A stretch of DNA of 64,000 nt from Arcobacteraceae bacterium (GTDB lineage Bacteria; Campylobacterota; Campylobacteria; Campylobacterales; Arcobacteraceae): the NCBI GenBank assembly GCA_965224485.1, contig CBDCZH010000023.1, positions 85,450 through 149,449 on the forward strand. The letters run 5' to 3'. The position numbers were made by a program, and so were the translations under genes. Under the pieces are notes generated by a model. It did not search any database. It worked only from the letters and a program-made list of their open reading frames with translations, and was not told the DNA's origin. This document shows, in pieces, positions 10,535 to 21,403 of this stretch; position 1 is the stretch's first letter, and each line of letters starts with the position of its first letter.

Positions 10535-10907
10535 TTTTTACTTCTTCAAATAACTCTTTTGCTACAAACATAGCATTTAAAGCACAAGGGAAACCTCCAT
10601 ACACAGACATTTGCATTATTATTTCAACAATTTCTGCTTTTGTACACCCTACATTTAAACCAGCTTGAATATGAACTTTTAACTGAGCTGCTGCATTTCC
10701 CATAACAGTGAGTGCTGCAATTGTTGCAATTTCACGTGATTTCAAATCTAAATTTTCTCTTGTATAAATATCACCAAAAGGAAATTCTATTAATAAATCA
10801 GCAAAATCTGGTGCAATATCTTTTAAAGAATTTATAACTTTCTGTCCAGCTTCTCCATCTACTTCTTTTAATTTATTCCAACCATCAATATATCTTTGTG
10901 ATTTCAT
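10524..10907 (-). CDS. Carboxymuconolactone decarboxylase-family protein
   Basis: FGDIYTR..LDLKSREIATIAAL, QLKVHI and YGGFP motifs. Confidence 0.9.
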   Translation of the reverse strand: MKSQRYIDGWNKLKEVDGEAGQKVINSLKDIAPDFADLLIEFPFGDIYTRENLDLKSREIATIAALTVMGNAAAQLKVHIQAGLNVGCTKAEIVEIIMQMSVYGGFPCALNAMFVAKELFEEVKNDK

Positions 10908-11209
10908 TATTTATCCTTTTTTATTGATTTTTTCATTTTAATTACTTCTACAGGATTAAAAAGCCACTTATTATATTTTTCAAAAAGTTCTTTTGTGTAA
11001 GATTTATCATGATGTATACGTAAGCAAGATTCATCTCTCCATTCTTCATGAAGATATAAAAAACTCCCATCATCATAAAGTTCAAAGTTTAAACAACCTT
11101 CTTCTTTTTGTGTAGGTTCTAAAATATTAAGAAGTGCTTTTTTTGCTCTTTTGAAGTATTTCTCTTTGGGATTGATTGTTGCAAATATAAATAAACTTTT
11201 ATTAATCAT
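10907..11209 (-). CDS. Antibiotic biosynthesis monooxygenase (quinol monooxygenase) family protein
   Basis: EEGCLNFELY...EEW...H pattern. Confidence 0.8.
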   Translation of the reverse strand: MINKSLFIFATINPKEKYFKRAKKALLNILEPTQKEEGCLNFELYDDGSFLYLHEEWRDESCLRIHHDKSYTKELFEKYNKWLFNPVEVIKMKKSIKKDK

Positions 11210-11280
11210 TTTCTAACTCCTTTTGTTTAAAGAAGGATAGTAAAATTAAAAAATTAAAAGTATAAGAAAAGTTCTAAGAT

Positions 11281-12125
11281 TTATAAGTTTTGTGTTCTAT
11301 ATAAAAAAGGAGTAGTTTTATAATATTTTTTAAATTGGATTATAAACCAAGATACAGTTGAGTATCCACAAGATGTAGCTATTGAAGTTATTGATTTCTC
11401 TGTATTTTTAAGTAAGGAAACTGCTTTCTCTAATCTTCTTTTATCTAACCACTGTTTTGGCTTTTCATTATAAAGAGTAAGCATCTCTTTTCGTAAAACA
11501 GCATTACTAAGCCTAGTTAGTTTACACATATCACTTACATCATTTATAATATCTAAGTTTGATTCTAAAATATATTTTATTCTTGAAGATTTTGTATTTA
11601 TTATCTGCTTTAAAAAAGACAAAAATAGTTTTTTATCTTTTGCTAAGGTATATAAAAATATTTCATGAGTTTTTAACTTCAATAAATCAATTTTATTTTC
11701 AATATCATATAAGAAATACTCATTTATATTCGAGATACAAGAACTTATAAATAAGTCTCGTTTTATATTTATAAGTAAATTTTCTTCTTTTACATCTATT
11801 CTTATCTTATACTTTTTTATAAAATCTATTACAAAAGCATCATCAAAAAATATCAATAAAGATTCAAAACTATTCTCATGATTTATTTTTTCACTCATAA
11901 AGTAATTATTTTGAGCTAAAAATAAAATTTCACTTGTATCTATTTGCATATCTTTATTCTCTAAATGCAATACTTTGGAACCTTTATTTAACATAATCAT
12001 CATATGAGTAATACGAAGTAAGGACTTATCTTTTCTAAAAAATATTGACTTCTATAATTATTACTTATAATTTTATATTTGTCTTCATTTTCAAGTATAT
12101 AATTTGGTAAATTTATATTTTCCAT
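11281..12125 (-). CDS. AraC-family transcriptional regulator (5' frameshift; true start probably 12125)
   Basis: C-terminal SITSIATSCGYSTVSWFIIQFKKYYKTTP HTH. The upstream ATG at 12125 needs a slip to join the main ORF. Confidence 0.8.
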
Positions 12126-12133
12126 TATTAGCT

Positions 12134-12370
12134 TTATTTATTGTCTTTAAGATTATTAATCATTGAAATATATAGTTTTTCTACTTTAGTTCTTGCCCAA
12201 GATGTTTTTCTTAAAAACTTTAAACTTGATTTGATAGAAGGGTCTATTGAGAAACAATTAATTTTAATACGTTGATCTAAACCTTCCCAAGTATAATGTT
12301 TTTCTAACTCTATTAAGATTTTTTCTAAGGTCATACCATGAAGTGGGTTATTTTTATTTTTATCTTCCAT
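12134..12370 (-). CDS. VF530/DUF2132-family DNA-binding protein
   Basis: NPLHGMTLE...[22 protein letters not shown]. Confidence 0.85.
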   Translation of the reverse strand: MEDKNKNNPLHGMTLEKILIELEKHYTWEGLDQRIKINCFSIDPSIKSSLKFLRKTSWARTKVEKLYISMINNLKDNK

Positions 12371-12417
12371 TTATCTTTTCTTTTTTAATATTTATTTTTA
12401 TAATAGCAAAGTTTGAG

Positions 12418-13524
12418 TTAAGAACAACAAGAGTCTTTTTTCTTAGAAAATTTTTCTTTAAAAAGATGATAAGAAATCAAAATCAACATTAAAAGTGAGG
12501 AAAGTGAGCTAAAAAATGATGTTTCATCCATATCATGTGATATATTTAAGATATTTAAATCAGAGAAAAAAGTATCAAAAGCAAAACCAAAAACAAGAGC
12601 TAAAGAAGCAATGGTGCTTACATAAACAATTAATGCTTTTTTTCCAAGCATTTTATAAACAACACTCATAGTAACAGCAGAAGTAGCTGGCCCAGCTGTT
12701 AAAAAAATAAAAACAGCACCAGCACTCATACCTTGTAGCATTAAAGCAGCAGCTAGAGGTAAAGAAGCTGTTGCACAAGTATATAAAGGCATAGCAAAAA
12801 GTAAAATTACTATATATGTTAATACTTGATTATCAAAAAGAAGTTTTGCATACTCTTGGGGCATAAAAGTTGTAAATAAAGCACCTAAAAGAAGTCCAAT
12901 TAATAAAGACTTTGCCATATCTTTAAATAAAACACCATACCCATAAGTAAAAACTTCTTTAAGGCTAAAAGATTTTTTCTTAGACTTTTTACTAAAATTA
13001 GAACTAGAAAAAACTAGGTTTTCACTTTTGGTTAAAGAGTCTGGTTTAGAGATAGTAAAAACCTTAGTTTTTAGTTTTGTTGAACTCTTTACGTTATCAA
13101 CAATATTATCTTCTTTTTCAAAAAAGTTTTGAAGAAGTCCCACTATTATTGCAATGATAAGAGAACTTATAATTCTAAAAGCTGTAAAAATAAGACCAAA
13201 AAAAGAAAAAGTGGCAAGAATTGAATCAACCCCAGTTATTGGAGCAGAAATTAAAAAACTTTGAACAGAACCTTTAGAAGCCCCTTCTTTTCTTAAACTT
13301 TGAGCTAAAGGAATAACAGAACAAGAACAAACAGGTAAAGGAATACCAAAAATTGTAGCTTTGAGAACAGAAGAAGTTGAACTTTTTCCTAAATGTGAAG
13401 ATACAAAATTATCAGGAACTACTTGTTTTAAAACACCAGCAATTCCTAGACCTAAAATTACATATAAACTCATAGCATCTAAGAGTTTTAAAAAGTTCAT
13501 AACAAATTCTAAGGTTAAACTCAT
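12418..13524 (-). CDS. SO_0444-like/ArsP-family metal permease
   Basis: PLPVCSCSVIP and PLYTCATAS motifs; multi-TM. Confidence 0.8.
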   Translation of the reverse strand: MSLTLEFVMNFLKLLDAMSLYVILGLGIAGVLKQVVPDNFVSSHLGKSSTSSVLKATIFGIPLPVCSCSVIPLAQSLRKEGASKGSVQSFLISAPITGVDSILATFSFFGLIFTAFRIISSLIIAIIVGLLQNFFEKEDNIVDNVKSSTKLKTKVFTISKPDSLTKSENLVFSSSNFSKKSKKKSFSLKEVFTYGYGVLFKDMAKSLLIGLLLGALFTTFMPQEYAKLLFDNQVLTYIVILLFAMPLYTCATASLPLAAALMLQGMSAGAVFIFLTAGPATSAVTMSVVYKMLGKKALIVYVSTIASLALVFGFAFDTFFSDLNILNISHDMDETSFFSSLSSLLMLILISYHLFKEKFSKKKDSCCS

Positions 13525-13527
13525 TCT

Positions 13528-14853
13528 TTAGTCCAATAATTTATTTGTATCTATTTTTTTCTTAGCTTTAACTCCAAGCTCAATAAACTCTTCACTTCTT
13601 CTTATTAAATTGCCCTTTCCAGAGCTTAGTTTATTTACCGCACTATCATAAGCTTTAGAAGTTCTATTTAAATTTGTTCCAATATCTTCTATATCTTTTA
13701 CAAAAGCTGCAAACTTATCATATAAATCTGCTGCTTTTTTAGAAATTACTAAAGCATTTTCATTTTGATGCTCATATCTCCATATATTTTCAATAGTTCT
13801 AAGAGTTACAAAAAGTGTTGAAGGTGAAACTAACATAATATTATGCTCAAAGGCTGTTTTAAACAGATGATTGTCATTAGAAGCTGCTAGCATAAAAGCA
13901 CCCTCTAAAGGAATAAATAAAAGTACAAAATCTAAAGAGTTTACATCTTTAATATCTTCATATTTTTTACTACTTAAACCTTTTATATGAGCATAAATGG
14001 ATTTAATTAACTCTTTTGTATATTTTTGTTTTTCATCTTCATTTGAGCTTTCTATATAGTTTGTATATGAAACAAGTGAAACTTTTGAATCAATTACTAC
14101 ATCTTTGTTTTGAGGAAGATGAACTATAACATCAGGTCTTAACCTTTTTCCATCTTCACTTGTATATGAGCCTTGAGTTGAGTACTCTCTTCCCTCTCTT
14201 AATCCAGTTTGCTCTAAGATTTTAGATAAAATCATCTCACCCCAATCGCCTTGGGTCTTATTTTCACCTTTTAAAGCTTTTGTTAGATTTAGGGCATCTG
14301 AAGAAATTTGATTATTTAACTCTTTTAAGTTCTTGATTTCTCCTAGAAGTGAGGTTCTTTGTTTTGTCTCCTCACTATAAATATCATTAACTCTTTTTCC
14401 AAAACCTTCAAGTTGTTCTTTAAAAGGTTTTAAAACATGCTCAAAGTTTGTATTTGACTTTTTACTATTTTCTTCAAATATTTTATTAGCTAAGTTTTCA
14501 AACTCTACTTTCATCTGTTTTTTAGACTCTTCAAGAAGAGCAAGTTTTTCTTCAAAAGAATTTTGCATAAAATCTAATTTTTCTTCTAAAGTAGAGTTTT
14601 TAAGTTCAGCTTCACTTAGTTTACTAGTATGCAAAATATTTTGATTATTCAATTCTTGCAAATAAAGATCTTTTTGAGAATTAAGAGCGTTATTTAATGA
14701 GCTTTGTTCTAAATTCGCTTCAAAATTAAGTTTGTTTAACTTTTTCTCATAATTTTGTTTAGTTATAAACCATGTTATTACTAAGGCTAAAACAAATACA
14801 ATTATTACACTTACAACTATCAATATTTCATTATTCATCTTCTTTAAAATCAC
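13528..14853 (-). CDS. rmuC: DNA recombination protein RmuC
   Basis: N-terminal TM and coiled coil; QGDWGE, RPDVIVHLP, DSKVSL and VSPSTL motifs. Confidence 0.95.
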   Translation of the reverse strand: MILKKMNNEILIVVSVIIVFVLALVITWFITKQNYEKKLNKLNFEANLEQSSLNNALNSQKDLYLQELNNQNILHTSKLSEAELKNSTLEEKLDFMQNSFEEKLALLEESKKQMKVEFENLANKIFEENSKKSNTNFEHVLKPFKEQLEGFGKRVNDIYSEETKQRTSLLGEIKNLKELNNQISSDALNLTKALKGENKTQGDWGEMILSKILEQTGLREGREYSTQGSYTSEDGKRLRPDVIVHLPQNKDVVIDSKVSLVSYTNYIESSNEDEKQKYTKELIKSIYAHIKGLSSKKYEDIKDVNSLDFVLLFIPLEGAFMLAASNDNHLFKTAFEHNIMLVSPSTLFVTLRTIENIWRYEHQNENALVISKKAADLYDKFAAFVKDIEDIGTNLNRTSKAYDSAVNKLSSGKGNLIRRSEEFIELGVKAKKKIDTNKLLD

Positions 14854-16076
14854 CTTTTAATGCATCACTAGTATTTGAATGTATATCATAACCTAACTCT
14901 TTAAATCTCGCAGTTAATGGAGGATGAGAGAAATAAAAGAATATATATAAAGGATGAGATAAAGGAAAAGATTTGTTTTCATTTGCAAGTTTTAATAAAG
15001 CAGATACTAAATCCTCTTTTGAAGATAAATTTGAACCAAACTCATCTGCTGCATATTCATTATGTCTTGAAATTACAGAAATCAAAGGCATTAAGAAAAA
15101 TGATAAAATTGGTGAAAACATTAAAAATACTATGATTATAGAATAAGGTTCATTTTGTAAATGAAGTCCTAAAAATATCTCATCACCAAGATTTCCAAAA
15201 ATTGCAAAAAATGCAAACATAATTAAACCCATGATTCCGATATTTTTAAGAATATCACCATTTTAAAATGTCCTAATTCATGTCCTAAAACAGCTAAAAG
15301 CTCATTATGTGATAATTTTTCTATTAAAGTATCATACAATACTACTCTCTTAGTACTACCAAGACCTCCAAAGTAAGCATTTAGTCTATTATCTCGCTTA
15401 GAAGCATCTACTGAAAATACACCCTTGCTTTTAAAACCAACTTCATCTAAAAGTTTCTCAATTTTTACTTCAAGTTCTTTGTCTTTTAAAGACTCAAACT
15501 TATCAAAGAATTTATCTCTAATTAATGGATATAACATATTAATCAATATTATAACAGCAAAAATAAATACAAATCCCCATATCCACCAAGCAGGAAAGTT
15601 TTCAATTATAAGAGCTATTCCAGCAATAACAGCAGAACCAAAGATTAAAAATAAAAGTGAGCTTTTAATAGTGTCTTTTATGTATAAAGAAACAGTCATA
15701 TTAGAGAAACCATATTTTTTATCAAGTTTAAATGTTGAATATAGTGCAAATGGTAGTTCTAAGAACCAATTTATTATAATAAAAACATCTACAAAAATTA
15801 CTGCTTTTAACCAAAAAGAATCAATAATAATTAAAGAGTCTAAAAATGACAAACCAAAACCTATCCAAAGAAAGAATAAAACAAAACCATAAAATGACGA
15901 AATAATTGCCATTCTTTCTTTATCAATACTATAATTAGCAGCTTCAATATATTTATCATCATCTAATATAACTGCTTTTAAATTTTTAGCTTTTTTACAA
16001 AATCAACTTGCATAAAAGAAGTGTAGATATTTAAAACAAAATATACACAATATGCAATAACAAATAATTCTAACAA
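14831..16076 (-). CDS. M48 (Ste24-like) zinc metalloprotease, frameshifted
   Basis: NAYFGG, HELGH, EYAAD and SHPP motifs spread over three frames; TTG start at 16076 with an RBS. Confidence 0.85.
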
Positions 16077-16141
16077 AATAATTCCTTATATAAATTTATT
16101 TATTCTACTGTTTAACAACTTGATACTTCTTAAAAAAATCA

Positions 16142-16611
16142 CTATTTTTGTAAATATTCAAATAAAGAAATAGCTTTTTTTATATCCCTATTTTCATTCG
16201 TATAATACAGTATTTCATAGTTGTTTTTAAAAGATTCTTTAGTCCAATTTATGCTTCCTAAGAGCAATTTTTCTTTATCAAATAAAGCAATTTTAAGATG
16301 ATTCTTTTTATCTAAGATTTTGCATAAAATACCTTTTTTCTTTAGTAATTTATAGATTTTATCATTATGTTTTATCTTATTTTCATCAAAATATACCTTA
16401 ATTATAACTCCTCTTTTTGTGCTTTTATTAACTCTTTAGCAAATTTTTTATAAGAAAAATTATACATTGATATTTCTATACTTCTTTTAGATGAAGCAAT
16501 CAATTTAATAATCTTACTCTTAGCTTGCCCTGCTTCATTTGGCAAAAAATATAATTTACTATTAGCAAAAACAAAAAGTGAGAATAAAATTATTAAAACT
16601 ATTTTTTTCAT
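16142..16611 (-). CDS. Secreted phospholipase D/Nuc-like nuclease, frameshifted
   Basis: Signal peptide and SMYNF; downstream frames contain HLKIALFD (HxKxxxxD), GSINW and NYE. Confidence 0.75.
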
Positions 16612-16639
16612 AAATATCCTTAAAATGAATATATTATAT

Positions 16640-17004
16640 TTAGAGTAAAATTTCTAAATATGACTCTGGAATTCTTTTAGGTTTTCCATTTTTTATAAAA
16701 ACAACAGTTACTAAAGCTTTAAATAAAAGCTCCTCATTTCTATATATTTTTTGCTCTAAAACCAAAGAGCTATTACGTTTATTTATAACTTTTGTACTAA
16801 TATCTAAAAGATCAGCAAACTTAGCTGACTTAAGATAATCAGCCTCAACTCTTTTAACAACAAAAAACTCATCACCCTCATGAGGAAGTTTTCCCTTAGT
16901 AAAAAACAACTCCGACCTAGCTCTCTTTCACAAAAGTTAATATAATTGCTATGATAAACAATTCCACCACAATCTGTATCTTCATAATATACCCGTATTT
17001 TCAC
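16640..17004 (-). CDS. ybgC: YbgC-family acyl-CoA thioesterase, frameshifted
   Basis: [24 protein letters not shown]; the two overlapping ORFs join into one gene. Confidence 0.9.
16981..16997. repeat. att core, copy 1 (TTCATAATATACCCGTA) within the ybgC 5' end
   Basis: Identical to 21755-21771. Confidence 0.9.
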
Positions 17005-17044
17005 TCTAAACCCCCTTGTTTATAGATTTTATAAATTTAATATT

Positions 17045-18199
17045 TTAAATACTGCCTATAATACTGCCTATATTATCTAATTTAATAATTCTTGTTTTAT
17101 CATCTTCCTTAATATATTTAGCATAAACTTGTAATGTAATTGATAAATCTTTATGACCTAGCATTTTAGATACCCAAAGTATATCAATTCCATTTTGCAC
17201 ATTTGAAATCATATGACTTGCAAAAGTATGTCTAAGATTATATAAACTTCTTTCTTTGATATCTATTTCTCTAAGTAGTTTTTTAAATCTTACATTTAAA
17301 ATATCATGAGAGTAAAATGATTTTTTCAAATAAGATATGAATAGATTTTCATAATTTCCAGTTTCTTTATAAAGCTTTTTTAGCATAGTTTCTAACTGAG
17401 GAATCATATCAATATATCTAACACTTGATTGTGTTTTTACCTCCCCTACTTTACCGTTAACTATTGTTTTTTCTATAGCTATTCTTTTTTTATTATAATC
17501 TATATCTTTCCAAGTCAATGCAATAAGCTCCCCTGGTCTAATACCAGTTAAAAACATAAAGTAAATTATATAATATAAATTGCCTTTCGCAATAGATATT
17601 ATTTCTTCTATTTCTTTAAAAGTAAACGGATTAACATTATCTTCTTCTTTAACTGCTAAAGTTTTCATTTTCTTTTTTATTGATAATGGTGACTTTACTC
17701 TTGTCAATGGATTTATTTTTATGTGATTATTTTGTAATGCTTTATCAAATATAGAATAAAATATAGAACGATACTTAACAACAGTATTTGGTTTATATTT
17801 GTTGAGTAATATTAATTGCCATTTCTCAAGTTCTATTGGTTTTATATTTTTTAATATATGTTTCTTAAAGTATGAGTTAATATGATTCTTAAAATGTGCA
17901 AAGTTTCTTTCATAAACATGCTCTCTTACAGTTCCTTTGTATACCTCAAAATATTGTATTGAAAATTCTTCCAAAGTTAACTCTTTTTCAAGGTAATCAA
18001 TATCTAAATCACCAGTTAAAGCAGTTACAATCTCTGGAATTATAGAGTTTTTAATATATACTAGATTTTTATCATTAACTTTTAATTTAGTAGTTCTTCT
18101 ATATCTTTCTTTGTTATAATAAAAATCTAGCCACCAATAATTATTTATTGATCTTATTGATATTTTTAAATTTCCATATACTACTTTTATAGAATCCAC
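17045..18199 (-). CDS. Tyrosine recombinase/integrase
   Basis: TGIRPGEL, YNLRHTFAS, LGH and catalytic Y in LQVYAKY; N-terminal arm-binding-like region. Confidence 0.95.
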   Translation of the reverse strand: MDSIKVVYGNLKISIRSINNYWWLDFYYNKERYRRTTKLKVNDKNLVYIKNSIIPEIVTALTGDLDIDYLEKELTLEEFSIQYFEVYKGTVREHVYERNFAHFKNHINSYFKKHILKNIKPIELEKWQLILLNKYKPNTVVKYRSIFYSIFDKALQNNHIKINPLTRVKSPLSIKKKMKTLAVKEEDNVNPFTFKEIEEIISIAKGNLYYIIYFMFLTGIRPGELIALTWKDIDYNKKRIAIEKTIVNGKVGEVKTQSSVRYIDMIPQLETMLKKLYKETGNYENLFISYLKKSFYSHDILNVRFKKLLREIDIKERSLYNLRHTFASHMISNVQNGIDILWVSKMLGHKDLSITLQVYAKYIKEDDKTRIIKLDNIGSIIGSI

Positions 18200-18202
18200 T
18201 TT

Positions 18203-18548
18203 TTAAATGACATTTTTTAGTATACGAGACGAAGTCTCACTTAAAATAATTGGCTCTTTTTCTATTTCTTTAACTTGATGTATAACTTTAAGTTTTTGAA
18301 TTGGATTTCTTTTCAAATCTACAATACCAACTGATAGAAATACTATTCTTTCATTATCATTAATAAAGTAATGCTTATTTTTAATAAATATACCTTTTTT
18401 GATATAATTATCTATAGTTTTCTCACTTTTATTTAAAAAACCTTGCTACTGCCTTTTTAGTATTTAAGGAACTTATACTAATTTGTAATAATTCTACTAA
18501 ATTACTCATTTGATTTTGTAAATTATCTAATCTTGTTTCAATTGTCAT
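18203..18548 (-). CDS. Excisionase-like HTH DNA-binding protein (one-base frameshift; absent from the ORF track)
   Basis: MTIETRLDNL...KKAVARF/LNKSEKTIDNYIKKG..KHYF, joined across a T-run, directly upstream of the integrase. Confidence 0.55.
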
Positions 18549-18562
18549 AACTTATCCTTTAT

Positions 18563-18784
18563 TTATTGCTCTAAAAATATCAAATTCTTTTTTCTTAAAA
18601 ATTCAATAAATAAATCATATTTAATTTTATTAACATCATTTATCATAAATTCCAACTGATTGCCAATGCGAAATAAAAAATATCCTATTTCTTTTTCAAT
18701 TAAATACTCTTCTAAATCAAATTCAATGTCCATTGAATCATCATCACTATATATCGCTAGATTAATTTCTATTTTTCTATTCAT
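18563..18784 (-). CDS. Hypothetical protein
   Basis: ORF with an AAGGA RBS in the element operon. Confidence 0.55.
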   Translation of the reverse strand: MNRKIEINLAIYSDDDSMDIEFDLEEYLIEKEIGYFLFRIGNQLEFMINDVNKIKYDLFIEFLRKKNLIFLEQ

Positions 18785-18865
18785 CTTTTATCCTTTTATT
18801 ATTTCAATAATAAAAATAATATTGGCAAAAAATAAAATGGTATAAAAAGCCATTTTTCAAATTCC

Positions 18866-19948
18866 TTATTCACCAAAATTCCTATTTGCTAAATCGCCTC
18901 TAACTACGGAAAAATTGATGTTTTTCTCATAAATTAATTCATCACCATCAAATAATTCCATTATCTTAGACCTATCATCAGCAAGAACTATCTCTCTTAA
19001 TTCTCCACTTCTTTTTTTGTGAGTCAACTCTCTTAACGTATATCTACTATTAAGCAATTTATATAAAGTCATAGGAGCCAATGTCCTACTTGCACAAAAT
19101 CTTCTAACTCTATTATGAGAATACCAAGCATTTATATATTTTTCTTTCTCTGTTAAAGTTTCTTGTTTTGAAAGTGGAAGAGTTTTATTAATATACTTCA
19201 TTACATAAGCTGCTGCATTATTAACAACTAACTGTATATCATTTGCTTTCTTAGTCGAAGAAGTACTCATAAAAAGCCTATTAAATGACTTTTTGATTCC
19301 ATCAACGTAGAGAAGAGGAACAAACATTAAAATATGAGCATGAGGTGTTCCATCTTCATGAGGTTCATTAACTCTATAATAATGCTTCATATACTTTGGA
19401 ATACTTCTTAAACTTCTTTCATTTCTCAAGTCAGCAATCATCCTAGTTATTTCTTTTGCACCCTCACTTGGTGTGTGTTTTTCATCATCAATAAACTTTG
19501 GATTTCTTATTAATTTACCAGTTCTTGTATGTTTTCTTTTTCCATGATACTCACTTGGTAAAGTAACTGTCATAAAAATAGGAGTTAAAGAGTTAAACTT
19601 TGCCTCAGTTGCCATTGTATTAACTATATTTTGAATCTGAGCATAATACCTATTTGGATTATGATTTGATGAAACAATAAGATTTTTTAAAGGGATATCA
19701 ATATTTCTAATTTTATCATGATAAAAAGTTGTTTTTAAAAACTCATCTTGTCTCTTTATTTTTTTTTGTACTTGATTAAAATTATTTTGAGATAAACCAT
19801 AATACTTTACCTTTTTGTACACAACTTTTTTATAAGTAGGCAAGAAAAGCTCCTCATTCGCTTGACGCTCATTTGTCGCTTTTTCATTCTCTTTCTTTTT
19901 AGTATCCTGATAATTATTCAGTATGTTAGAAACTTCATTATTACTCAT
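18866..19948 (-). CDS. HUH rolling-circle replication endonuclease (P2 gpA-like)
   Basis: Motif I FMTVTLPS, motif II EPHEDGTPHAH, motif III YVMKY (two Tyr). Confidence 0.9.
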   Translation of the reverse strand: MSNNEVSNILNNYQDTKKKENEKATNERQANEELFLPTYKKVVYKKVKYYGLSQNNFNQVQKKIKRQDEFLKTTFYHDKIRNIDIPLKNLIVSSNHNPNRYYAQIQNIVNTMATEAKFNSLTPIFMTVTLPSEYHGKRKHTRTGKLIRNPKFIDDEKHTPSEGAKEITRMIADLRNERSLRSIPKYMKHYYRVNEPHEDGTPHAHILMFVPLLYVDGIKKSFNRLFMSTSSTKKANDIQLVVNNAAAYVMKYINKTLPLSKQETLTEKEKYINAWYSHNRVRRFCASRTLAPMTLYKLLNSRYTLRELTHKKRSGELREIVLADDRSKIMELFDGDELIYEKNINFSVVRGDLANRNFGE

Positions 19949-20234
19949 TTGGAATCTTTTTTAAATTTTCTAAATTAAATTCTAAACAATCTAAAGAATT
20001 AGACAAAGTATCTAAATCTTTTTTTAATATAGTAGAGATATTATTTATACTAGATAATAATGAATAAATATCTATATCAAGATATTCATTTGTGAATTTT
20101 TCCTTAGTATCATCTGGGTCAATAGTTAAAAATCTAATTGAATTAACTAAATCCATTAAATCAAATAATTTAAATCTATTTTTTGATAATATTTCTAACT
20201 GCTTCTTTAAAAAACTTTCTTCTACACTAGTCAT
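19941..20234 (-). CDS. Hypothetical protein
   Basis: ORF with an AAGGAG RBS, overlapping the Rep start. Confidence 0.6.
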   Translation of the reverse strand: MTSVEESFLKKQLEILSKNRFKLFDLMDLVNSIRFLTIDPDDTKEKFTNEYLDIDIYSLLSSINNISTILKKDLDTLSNSLDCLEFNLENLKKIPNE

Positions 20235-20303
20235 TACTTCTCCTTTTTAAAACAAAACTAAAATAAAAGGGATTAAATTATTTTAGCTTTTTTAATTCCA
20301 GTT

Positions 20304-20569
20304 TTAAACTGCACTCATTGAAATATTTTGGCTAGAATACAAATTAACTGCTAATTCAATATTGCTATTTTCTTTACCTTTATAATTTTTGATGTTTGCT
20401 CATCCATTTTAATGTCGTAAAGCTCTGCCTTGAGAGCACCATTTTTTAATTTTATTTCTGAAATTAGCTGTAACCCATAAACAGATGGCTGTAATTCTCC
20501 TGTTTTTTTATCTATGAAAGGAGGTCTTTCATAAATTCCAATACATTTTCCTTTTACTACTAGTTGCAT
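20304..20569 (-). CDS. Small ssDNA-binding-like protein (gV/RstB-like), 3' frameshifts
   Basis: Beta-rich ~88 aa with a DKKTGE hairpin, upstream of the RCR Rep; the call rests on position and pattern. Confidence 0.5.
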
Positions 20570-20609
20570 TTTTATTCCTTTTTTGATAAGATTCATTAAT
20601 AAAACAAGA

Positions 20610-20669
20610 AGTACTTAATATAATTTAAAGTACCATTTATTAATTAGTACTAATATTATATTAAGTACT
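20610..20669. promoter_or_regulatory. Operator-like GTAC palindrome array in the divergent promoter region
   Basis: GTAC at 20611, 20630, 20647 and 20665; 15-bp inverted repeat AGTACTTAATATAAT / ATTATATTAAGTACT. Confidence 0.55.
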
Positions 20670-20699
20670 CTTAAACTAATATTAATTTTAAGGGATATT

Positions 20700-21403
20700 A
20701 TGGAAAATAATAAGAAAACAGTTGGAAGACCAAAAATAAAGAATCCTAAAAGTATACAAATTAAAATTACTGTAACTGAAGATGAAAATCAACAATTAGA
20801 AAATATTTCAAAAAAATTTGGCATAAAGAAAACAGAATTATTAAGAATTTTTGCATTAGGTACTGATGATAAGAGCCCAAAGGATATCTATTTTCATAAT
20901 AAAAGTTTTTATCCTTTTTCAAAGAAGTATAATCATTTTTAAATTCTTTAAAAGAAAGAGAGCTAGATTTAAGTGATTGTAATAATTACAGTTATCAAGA
21001 TGAAACAACTTATAATGATTATGTAAAAATTTTAATAGAAAATGATATTTTAAAACACTATAAAGAAAAATTTAAAAATTTCAATATACAAAATTGTAAA
21101 TTTACTACAATTAAACAATTATTTTCACATATAAAGATTTCCCTATATCTAAGTAGCTACAATATTTTAATTTTTAAAGAAAATATAAACAATAAGAATT
21201 TTCAATATGAGTATGATAATAAAATTTTTAAATCAGAACAAGAATTGAAAGAATTTCTATTAAAGAATGATGATATTTTTAAAGAAATAGAAAAAATAGA
21301 TGAAAGTAAAACAATAATTTTATTATATGGTAAGAATTTGAAATTATTAGCTATTGCACCTTATAATAAAGAAATTACTAATGGTTATGAGCCAATAGTT
21401 TAA
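20700..21403 (+). CDS. Ribbon-helix-helix-type regulator with a C-terminal extension (frameshifted)
   Basis: GRPK...IQIKITVTEDE..L......GIKKTELLR; a shifted open frame continues to about 21403. Confidence 0.55.

Noticed and set aside
17045..18199. Integron integrase serving the attC at 48817
   Set aside because: It is a phage-type integrase with its own att repeats, and I see no IntI-specific insertion.
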